Source: Methanomassiliicoccales archaeon
GTDB taxonomy: Archaea; Thermoplasmatota; Thermoplasmata; RBG-16-68-12; SOIM01
Reading direction: 5' to 3'
Length of the DNA stretch: 64,000 nucleotides
Assembly (NCBI GenBank): GCA_030593295.1
Contig: JAUVHO010000002.1
Span: 15,379-79,378, forward strand
The notes beneath the pieces are model-generated. The model saw only the letters and a program-made list of their open reading frames with translations, was not told where the DNA came from and did not search any database. The position numbers were made by a program, and so were the translations under genes. Below, one piece after another: positions 20,736 to 28,790 of the stretch. Position 1 is the first letter of the stretch, and every line of letters begins with the position of its first letter.

Positions 20736-21502
20736 TCGATCTCCAGCCCCTTCTTCACGGCAAGATCCCGAGATGGCTTTGAAGGGTTGACTATGCGGTC
20801 GATACCCTCATCCAATGCCATGACGTCAAGTTCCTTTCTGTACGTTCCGCCCGGTCTCATGCAGCCCAAGTAGATCTCGTCAAATGAATCCCTTGCTCGT
20901 TCAATGACCCTTCTCACATCCTGCAGAGAAGGCGGTGGTACGTTTCCAAGTTGAGTCCCTCTTGTGGGGATGAAGACGTTCAGGACAACTGACCGCGTCC
21001 CAAATCCGCTCAGAATATCCAGTGCCTCCAATTCACCAGCCAGCCTTCCCTTGTTCAATCCGATGGTCAGGTGCGGAAACGTGGGAATCCGGTGTGACAG
21101 CCAAGAATACGATTTGATGAAATCACTGGCAGATTTGTCCAGGCCGAAGATGTCTCTTATCGTTCCATCATCCAAGACGAAATCGAACGATACTATGTCG
21201 ATCAGTTCTGATAGCTGTTCTACTTCGTGTTCATCCACAAGTCCAGTGTGTCCTATCTTGGTGGATTCCTTCGGTAAGGAACTGAGATCGTCCAGATGCT
21301 CCAGGATCGGCACCTTCCCCTCGGTATCACATCCACCCGTAATCAGATAAGAACTGGCCTCGGATAATCCGTCCAGCTCATGCACGTCCGTCTTGCCTTC
21401 CAGATAGTTACCGGCGCAGTGCAGACAGTCTAGGGCACACTTGCTCCCCGTGACGCTTATGGGGATTGTTCTGGTTGGACGTACGAATGAAATCTTGCTC
21501 AC
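20708..21502 (-). CDS. Radical SAM protein, second candidate lipoyl synthase component (LipS-type)
   Basis: CALDCLHC (CX3CX2C) motif and C-terminal CC; overlaps the downstream radical-SAM gene by 28 nt. Confidence 0.6.
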   Translation of the reverse strand: MSKISFVRPTRTIPISVTGSKCALDCLHCAGNYLEGKTDVHELDGLSEASSYLITGGCDTEGKVPILEHLDDLSSLPKESTKIGHTGLVDEHEVEQLSELIDIVSFDFVLDDGTIRDIFGLDKSASDFIKSYSWLSHRIPTFPHLTIGLNKGRLAGELEALDILSGFGTRSVVLNVFIPTRGTQLGNVPPPSLQDVRRVIERARDSFDEIYLGCMRPGGTYRKELDVMALDEGIDRIVNPSKPSRDLAVKKGLEIEWREECCIL

Positions 21503-21544
21503 TTCTCTCCTTCCTGTCTGTGTGGGTGTATTGCGAATTGGCCT

Positions 21545-24500
21545 CTAAAAGTTTACAATCCACAGGGTGTCGGTCGGAACGTAAATCCAGTAACCATGTC
21601 CGGGGATCAGCATATCTGAATCAGAGAGTCTCTTCAGATTGTAGATGGGGGCCGAATGATCGGAGGTCTCGACCTCTGTCGCACCCGTCTCCATCTTCAG
21701 GTCCGCCACCGTATACTGAGTGTTGATGGAAGGATACCCGACCAGGTTCCAGCCGGCCTTGAGGTTGATATCGGTGGTCACCCAAACATCCCCGATTATC
21801 TGCAGCAGACCGTCCTCGTGGAAATCTATCCAGTATGCCGTCGCCCTGTCCACGTTCCAAGCCGGGTCCAGGTCACTGATGAGCTTGCCAGGTATGGAGG
21901 CCTTCCACTTGTTCGTGGGATCCGTGTCATCGTATACCCATGCTCTGTCGAAACTGAGCGGTCCGAAGACGTTCGGCAGGCTCTGTCCCGGCACGTTGAG
22001 GATCGACGAGACCAGTTGCATGCCGTAGCAGACCTGGATGGCCACTTTAGCTGCCTGGTTCGGACCTTCTGCCTCGTTGAAAGCATCGTCCACCGCAGAG
22101 ACCAAGAAGAAATGAGGTAGGTGATCCGCACCCATTCTGGGAACGTCGTAGCTAGTGATTCCAGGTCCTACTGAAGCGATCTTCGGATATCCCTTTCCCG
22201 CCGGATCGTACTCGGATGAAGAGTAGATATCGTATCTGACCACGTCATTCTCGCCTGCTCCGTCATCCGGGGATGCTGGCCAGGTGAGAGTTATGTACTC
22301 CAGGCTCGGGCCAGAGAGCTGGGCGGAGACCGGTCCGGGTGGCAGCACTTGAACGTCAGGCGGTTGACCGCTGTCCTGCAGGGAAGCCTCAATATTGACC
22401 AACTTGGAGGTCTCAATCGAATCTCGGTTGGACAGAACAACATACCAGTCCTCAGTGGATGGAATGTCGAAAGATAGGGTGAATGACTCTCTGTTCAAGG
22501 TGGACTTGTGGCCTTCGAAAGGATATCCCTTAAGGAACTTGTCGAACTCGGTCCTGTTCACTATGAAAGCGTCCAGATGTATCCCGGTGAATATCTCCTC
22601 GTCATGGTAGAGCTTCTTCATGATCGTTGAATCGTCCATGCCGAACCCATTAGCGGGATGCTGTATCCCGACCTCCACGTCGTACCTGAAGCTCAAGCTG
22701 AACGTCCCTGGTAGCAATGGAACTGCCGGCGAGATCAGCGGAAACGGTCTGGAGTTGTTGGTGGGCGCTGTCCAGTTCACGTAGTACATCGGTGCGTTGT
22801 TGATCCCCGGCACGTTGATTATGAGCCTGTTGGAAGAGCCGGGGTTCCATGTCTCCTCCCCGTAACGGCTGTTCATGTGGATCAGCAGACCCTCGTCGTA
22901 TTTGTTGTCCCCCATGCTGCTCTGCCTGCTTTCTGAGGTTGTGAAATATGCAATCCCGTCCCCGTCCGTGTAAAGCCAGGCGCCCCCGAACGTAGTTCCG
23001 AACATTCCCACAGCGTTCCAGTCTGCCAGCGAAACTCTGACACCATCGATCGGATTGCCGTTCCAATCTGTCACCTTGACGGTCACGTTCCCTCTGTCGC
23101 TCCCTCCATTCCCATTGTAATCGTCTATTCTATGGGTCTCGTTTATCGGGAAGGGTGCCTGCATGGCCCCATCTCCCCTGTACGTTATCAGGCTGCCCCA
23201 ATCTCGGTTCCAGCCGTAGTGGTAGAGGTCCCAATTGTCGACTATGGTAGCCGCTGCGCTCCAGTAATTGTCCTGTTGATGCCACCCCCTCTCATAGAAG
23301 GTGCCGTAGCAGTGATCCCCTGCTATCCCGAGGACCTCCATGTATGGTATCAGCGTCGCCCTTGACGCAGCAAGGGTCAAATCGCCCAATTCACCACAGT
23401 TGCCGTTGTGCTCGAACTGGATCCTGACCATTTGCCTTGGACGGTTCCCGTCGTTGTCCTCCTGGGCGTTCAATGCAAGGGTGGATTCTACCCAGTGTGT
23501 CATTACCTCAATCGCGTGGGTGTCCTTGGTCCATGGTCTCAGTGGCAGGCCGTCGTTCCCTCTTGCTGTCTCGCCGGAGTTGTTGTACAATCTGGGTGTG
23601 GTGTATGGTATGCCGTCCCACAGGTATTTGATGCCCGCGATCTTGTCCTTCAACAGCGGCGGGTTCTCCTCCTTGGGGTACTTGACGGTCAGCGCAGAAT
23701 CGTCAGGCCAGTGGGTGTCCGCCATGTTGAACACCGACCATCGCCAGAAGGTCCCGTTACCTGCCGGCCAGCGGGGTTCCGCGCCGAAGTGACCTGAGTT
23801 AACGACCCTGGGGTTGATGAACGTGGGTAGCTCATCCGAGCCTTTCGGATGCACGATCCACCAGTAGTAGATGTAGGGCGGATACTCCTGCCTGCTGAGA
23901 TTGCAGCATCCCTCTTCCTTCACCCAGTACTCAACAGTCGAGAACTGGTCGGGGGTGCCGAGATTATAGTCCACGATGTTTGCGTAATCCAAGTGGGCGT
24001 CATTGTGGTAGAGGGTCTCGGTGTTGTTGAGCCATACCTCCGCCCAAGTCGAACCGTGCATGAGGGACGCGGTACCTGAATGAGCTATCGAGAAGACCAG
24101 TTCGTCCACCATCTTCTGCGGGACGGTATTGATGTAATCCGCGAACTCCACCGCTCTTGCCGGCACGTTCCTCTCCATCAGGAACACAGAGTTGTTGTCC
24201 GAGTAGAACTGTCTGTGGTTGGCGTATTTGAAGCTCGTCCCCACGCTGTCGTACATCAACCATTCGGGTTGGGCCGCGGTTCCGATGTTCTGATAGTAAT
24301 GGAGCTTGCCGTTGTTCTCCCCCAGCACGAGGTCCGGTATGTAATCCAGATTGAGGTCAATCAGGGCTGGTGCGGCGTCTGCGGGAAGATCGATGTAAGG
24401 GAATATCGATGTGTCCAATGTCCAGTTTGTGGTGTCATTCCAGAACTGCCTTACCGTACCCGTGTTGTCTCCCACGGTTATGTCGAAGTCACCGTCGTCG

Positions 24501-25456
24501 TCGAGGTCCGAAAAGCAAGGTGCGCTGTTATCCCCGACATCCGTCCATTCCAGTCCCACCATGATCTCTGTGAAGACCCCTGCGGTGTTCTCGAAGTAGT
24601 GAAGTGTCCCGTTGGCCTCACCCATTATCATGTCAGGATAGTTGTTTCCGTCGATATCCTCAAGGTCGATTGAAGCTGAACCGCTGTCAGCCGTTACATT
24701 GGGAAGAGCGACCCCCAGAGCCCATGATGGAACACTTGCAGTTCCTTGGTTCTCGTAGAAGTAGACCTCCCCGGCTTGGGTCCCAACGATCAGATCCAGC
24801 AATCCATCGAAGTCCACGTCACCCACTGCTGGGTCCACTCTGCCCACGTAGGAAATCCCCGGGAACATCGATATGTTCCTCTTGAAGACACCTCCGACAA
24901 AGACGTCGTGTCCTTCCAGGTAGTGCAGGGCCCCATCCAGGTTCTCGTAATAATCCAGGTATCCGTTTGAGTTGCCCACGATCATGTCAATGTCCCCATC
25001 CCCGTCCAGGTCCGCGAACTCTGGAGTGCTCCTGCTGCCAACGTCGATGTTCACATCTGCAAGCTGCTCGAACTTCCTGGTGATGTTGTCCTTCAGCCAG
25101 TTAGGTGATCTGTCGATGGCGTCGATGATGGACTGTGGCATGCCCGCCGTTGGATCGGGTTCCCTCATCGGGATCAGGCTTTGGGTGGCTTGATCGAACT
25201 TGAGGTAGTACTGTCCTCCCTGTGGTATCCACACGGTGTCGGCAAGATAATCCACCGACTGCTGCGGTATGGGGTCATCCGACCCTCTTGTGCCCGGCAG
25301 GTCATCCGAACCTGCGCCCTCTCCGGAGTTGAAACTAGTTACACCCGCAAGAGGCCCTAGCTGGAAGACCAGGGAAAGACCAATAATAAGAACTAGTATC
25401 CGGCCCACTGGAGACGTGATTCTCCGCTTCATTGACAATCTCCTCCTTGTCGACAA
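21545..25456 (-). CDS. Giant secreted or membrane-anchored surface protein with FG-GAP/VCBS-like repeats and a duplicated C-terminal module
   Basis: 1303 aa; N-terminal TM/signal (ILVLIIGLSLVF); at least five repeats of the form DxDGDGxxDxxVGxxxGxLxYYEN (FG-GAP-like beta-propeller blades); two C-terminal copies of a module with GWNLVGYP ... GYWIYV. Confidence 0.7.
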   Translation of the reverse strand: MSTRRRLSMKRRITSPVGRILVLIIGLSLVFQLGPLAGVTSFNSGEGAGSDDLPGTRGSDDPIPQQSVDYLADTVWIPQGGQYYLKFDQATQSLIPMREPDPTAGMPQSIIDAIDRSPNWLKDNITRKFEQLADVNIDVGSRSTPEFADLDGDGDIDMIVGNSNGYLDYYENLDGALHYLEGHDVFVGGVFKRNISMFPGISYVGRVDPAVGDVDFDGLLDLIVGTQAGEVYFYENQGTASVPSWALGVALPNVTADSGSASIDLEDIDGNNYPDMIMGEANGTLHYFENTAGVFTEIMVGLEWTDVGDNSAPCFSDLDDDGDFDITVGDNTGTVRQFWNDTTNWTLDTSIFPYIDLPADAAPALIDLNLDYIPDLVLGENNGKLHYYQNIGTAAQPEWLMYDSVGTSFKYANHRQFYSDNNSVFLMERNVPARAVEFADYINTVPQKMVDELVFSIAHSGTASLMHGSTWAEVWLNNTETLYHNDAHLDYANIVDYNLGTPDQFSTVEYWVKEEGCCNLSRQEYPPYIYYWWIVHPKGSDELPTFINPRVVNSGHFGAEPRWPAGNGTFWRWSVFNMADTHWPDDSALTVKYPKEENPPLLKDKIAGIKYLWDGIPYTTPRLYNNSGETARGNDGLPLRPWTKDTHAIEVMTHWVESTLALNAQEDNDGNRPRQMVRIQFEHNGNCGELGDLTLAASRATLIPYMEVLGIAGDHCYGTFYERGWHQQDNYWSAAATIVDNWDLYHYGWNRDWGSLITYRGDGAMQAPFPINETHRIDDYNGNGGSDRGNVTVKVTDWNGNPIDGVRVSLADWNAVGMFGTTFGGAWLYTDGDGIAYFTTSESRQSSMGDNKYDEGLLIHMNSRYGEETWNPGSSNRLIINVPGINNAPMYYVNWTAPTNNSRPFPLISPAVPLLPGTFSLSFRYDVEVGIQHPANGFGMDDSTIMKKLYHDEEIFTGIHLDAFIVNRTEFDKFLKGYPFEGHKSTLNRESFTLSFDIPSTEDWYVVLSNRDSIETSKLVNIEASLQDSGQPPDVQVLPPGPVSAQLSGPSLEYITLTWPASPDDGAGENDVVRYDIYSSSEYDPAGKGYPKIASVGPGITSYDVPRMGADHLPHFFLVSAVDDAFNEAEGPNQAAKVAIQVCYGMQLVSSILNVPGQSLPNVFGPLSFDRAWVYDDTDPTNKWKASIPGKLISDLDPAWNVDRATAYWIDFHEDGLLQIIGDVWVTTDINLKAGWNLVGYPSINTQYTVADLKMETGATEVETSDHSAPIYNLKRLSDSDMLIPGHGYWIYVPTDTLWIVNF

Positions 25457-25579
25457 TCAACAAGATTGGCGCACATTTTGGTATTCCATCCTATCTATAA
25501 GTATCTTTTTCACCACTTGGCAATGTCTAATATACCACAATCACTTGTCAGCTCGTCCACGAAGGACGGAGGGTAGAAA

Positions 25580-26548
25580 ATGGTCGCACAACCACCTATG
25601 CCGGGTATGGGCTACCAGCAACCTCAACCTTATTACCAGAGGGAACTGGAGACCCTGAAAGGTCTGAAGCACATCAACTGGGGAATTATACTGCACATCG
25701 TGGCCACGCTTCTTCTGTTGTTGACGGCGCTGGTGGCAATCACTGTAGCGATATCTGCTATAGGAACGTCAGATCCGGATCTGGGGGCGTTGGTTGCCGT
25801 GGGTGCATTGGTCTGTGGCGGTGGGTTGATAGGCCTTGTGGCCATCATTCTTTGGTTACTTGGAATCTATGAGATGCACAAGGGAAAGGACGAGTTCGGC
25901 TCTGAGCATTCTACGAATGTGAGTAGGGCGGTCATACTCATCATACTGTTCGTCGTGCTTACCGTGATCAGTTTTTTCGTGACTTTAGTCCTTGCGTTAA
26001 GTTGGATCTCTTTGACGGCTACCCCTTCCGATATCATCGAATCACTCAGGCTGACGATTCTCGTCGGTGGAATCATCGGCATTGTAACCACCGCTATGCT
26101 GGGCTTGGCCATTGTTTATCTGATATTATCACTCTGCGACGAGAAATACAAGAAGATCCTCTGGGCAGCCTTCGCCATTTATATGATCCTCACGGTGGTG
26201 GGCACCGCCATATCAATAGCTGTGATTTACGGCGATTTGAGCAGCATCACCAATGTCGACGATATAACCAACCTCTCGAGCGCTGGAGATCTGGCCCAGG
26301 GCATGTCCTTTATCGCTTTCATCCTGTTCCTGTTGGCGTACAGGCATGCATATAATAGGGTCAGGATCGGCGAGCTCCAACCCGCCCCCATGCCCCAACC
26401 GCAGATGGGATATATGCCACCTCCACCGGGTCCATATTATCAAGCGGGCCCACCACCGGCAGCCCCAACTCCGAACGTATGCCCAATGTGTAACTCGCCA
26501 GTAGTTCCAGGGGAAACGTTCTGCGCAAACTGTGGAGCGAGGCTCTAG
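25580..26548 (+). CDS. Multi-pass membrane protein with Pro/Gln-rich N-terminus and C-terminal zinc ribbon
   Basis: 322 aa; about 6 hydrophobic helices; C-terminal CPMCNSPVVPGETFCANCGARL. Confidence 0.55.
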   Translation: MVAQPPMPGMGYQQPQPYYQRELETLKGLKHINWGIILHIVATLLLLLTALVAITVAISAIGTSDPDLGALVAVGALVCGGGLIGLVAIILWLLGIYEMHKGKDEFGSEHSTNVSRAVILIILFVVLTVISFFVTLVLALSWISLTATPSDIIESLRLTILVGGIIGIVTTAMLGLAIVYLILSLCDEKYKKILWAAFAIYMILTVVGTAISIAVIYGDLSSITNVDDITNLSSAGDLAQGMSFIAFILFLLAYRHAYNRVRIGELQPAPMPQPQMGYMPPPPGPYYQAGPPPAAPTPNVCPMCNSPVVPGETFCANCGARL

Positions 26549-26550
26549 GG

Positions 26551-27291
26551 CTAAGGCAGATAGTCGACGGACATGTGCTTCCTGATCGATTCACAGAAGT
26601 CTTCATCCAGAGTTGGGTCTCCAAATAGACTCTCGGAAACCTTCTCGCTCGGGATCCCCTCTGCCGCACCTTTTGAGACGATTTCAGCGACTCTCCCTGC
26701 AGATTCCTCATCTTCCAAGAACGATGCCAGGACCTGGACGAAATCCTCGATTAGGTCGGCTGAAGAAGAGAAATAGAGCTTCGAATGTCTGTTTGCGAGG
26801 TGTTCGGACACAACTTGCACCATTTTTTCGGGCTCAAGGTCTTCGGCGAGTGAGATCTTCCACACATGTCTTACAAACCCGAATGGGCCCATCTTGTCGA
26901 TCGTGTCTGCATCATGAACGACCTTTGCTTCCGGTGTTTCGGCCTCGACCTCTCCGTCATGAGCCTCAATGCAGTGAGTGACCATTTCAATGTCCTCGGG
27001 ATCCACGCCGATCTCTGTCAAGTAATCCTTCGCCGGTTCGACCCCTGCAAAACAGTGACCCTTGTTCCCATTTATCAGACCAAGATCATGAAGCCAACCG
27101 CCGGCCACGCAGATGTCATGTCTCGCATACTCGATGTCGGCCAAGTATTCGACTATCTTGTTGACCCTGTGCAGGTGCTGATTGCCCTTGGATTTCCCAT
27201 CGAACGCCACGACCCAATCCATGCAGATCGCGTAGTCCATTATGACCTCCAACTTGTCCTCACCTATTGTCATGCTTATCCCTCCCTCCAC
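26551..27291 (-). CDS. HD-domain phosphohydrolase
   Basis: H...HR...GGWLHDLG HD motif. Confidence 0.75.
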   Translation of the reverse strand: MEGGISMTIGEDKLEVIMDYAICMDWVVAFDGKSKGNQHLHRVNKIVEYLADIEYARHDICVAGGWLHDLGLINGNKGHCFAGVEPAKDYLTEIGVDPEDIEMVTHCIEAHDGEVEAETPEAKVVHDADTIDKMGPFGFVRHVWKISLAEDLEPEKMVQVVSEHLANRHSKLYFSSSADLIEDFVQVLASFLEDEESAGRVAEIVSKGAAEGIPSEKVSESLFGDPTLDEDFCESIRKHMSVDYLP

Positions 27292-28720
27292 CGGGTGGTG
27301 CCTGGAACAGGAACCCTGGATCCTCCATCATAAGATATGTGGGACTTCCTTCTTTCTCCAGTTCGTCTATGAACTCCCTGATTCTCTTCAATGGGGGGTC
27401 ACCAGCATCGCCGACATAATCGAACGGGAGCAGTTCCATCTCTTCCTTCGACAGACCATCCTGAATGATGTGGAGATGCCCCCAGCCCAGGTGTTCGAGC
27501 ATCCTCAGCAGGTCCACCGGCTTCTGCTTCCCTATCTTGAAGTCCTTCATGACCTCTTCCTGGACCTCTCTCCTTGCCCTTTCTATCGCTCCAGAGATGA
27601 CCTCGTGATCCGGTAAGTGCCCAAAATCCTCCTCCATCTTCCCGAAGATCTCGGCCGAGATGCGCATGAGGTCTTTGAACGCCTCGTTCCCGATACCATC
27701 TGGACACGGAGCCAGTAGCAGGATCCTTCCACCTTCTTTGGTTGCCCTGCAAGCCGCGTTGGTTGCCTTTCCTGCCTGGTACAAATCTATGCCCTTCGAC
27801 ATTGCGCTTACGACCGTCACGTCCGCCTTCTTCTCTATTGGATGGACGTACACCTTTTCCAGTATCTTGCGGTCCCTCTCATGAGTGACGAAGATGTCTC
27901 CTCCGGACAACTGCACGAGCCTTCCTTCCGGGTCCACGACCGATAGTATCGAGTACACCAGCGTTCCCTTCTCGGACAGTTTCTTCAGTATCAAGTTAAC
28001 AATCTCGATCTTCCGATCGAAGACTGGATTGCCATTAACCACACCAGTATCCACGTTGTCCGCGAACCCCAGTTCTCCGAACATTCGAAGGTGCTCATCG
28101 GTGATTATCCTCTCACCGCATATCCCGGGACATATCTGTTTGGGTCCTCCCGCAACGCCTGCGAAGTAATGGTAGTCAAGGTCGCTCAATGGGATCAGTA
28201 TCTCCGATTCGAACGCCACTCTGTCGATCTCAACCGGCGCTCCACCCAGATTACCGACTGAAACCAGGTTTTCGGTGCAACTGTGGGCGAATACCTTGTC
28301 CCGATGCCTGGGCCAGATCTCCCCACCCAGTATCTTCCGGTACTCGGTTTCAGAGGGCGCTCTGTGAGTTCCGCCGCAGACCAGGATTCTCAGGTTCTCC
28401 TCACTAAGGCCAAGATCGATTAGCTCTTCGAACAGCAATGGCAACAGGATCCTCGTGTGTATGTTCTCACGGGTATGATCGTCCACCATGATTGTGCAAT
28501 GTCCGCCTCTGTATGTGCTCTGGATGAACTCCTTGAGCGGCGGCGTATCCGGTCCTATCGAGCTGGAGATTGCTTCCTTCAACCTCTGCTTGACGTCCTC
28601 GATGGGAGGTTGTCCCTCTGGTGCGCAGCACTCGATGAGCCTCCCTTCTTCCACGATTGACTTGGGTAAGATGCCCTCCAGCAACTCACTTCCGTAGATC
28701 ATCTGGCCGATGTACTCCAT
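27260..28720 (-). CDS. LarA-like (lactate racemase / DUF2088 family) protein
   Basis: 486 aa; VCGGTHR and HYFAGVAGGPK segments match the LarA N-terminal domain pattern. Confidence 0.55.
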   Translation of the reverse strand: MEYIGQMIYGSELLEGILPKSIVEEGRLIECCAPEGQPPIEDVKQRLKEAISSSIGPDTPPLKEFIQSTYRGGHCTIMVDDHTRENIHTRILLPLLFEELIDLGLSEENLRILVCGGTHRAPSETEYRKILGGEIWPRHRDKVFAHSCTENLVSVGNLGGAPVEIDRVAFESEILIPLSDLDYHYFAGVAGGPKQICPGICGERIITDEHLRMFGELGFADNVDTGVVNGNPVFDRKIEIVNLILKKLSEKGTLVYSILSVVDPEGRLVQLSGGDIFVTHERDRKILEKVYVHPIEKKADVTVVSAMSKGIDLYQAGKATNAACRATKEGGRILLLAPCPDGIGNEAFKDLMRISAEIFGKMEEDFGHLPDHEVISGAIERARREVQEEVMKDFKIGKQKPVDLLRMLEHLGWGHLHIIQDGLSKEEMELLPFDYVGDAGDPPLKRIREFIDELEKEGSPTYLMMEDPGFLFQAPPGGGRDKHDNR

Positions 28721-28790
28721 CTTACACGCCTGACCTCACACTACATATGCCCATTCAGAATTCGGTATAAAGCGTTTTTGAGTGTGACGG

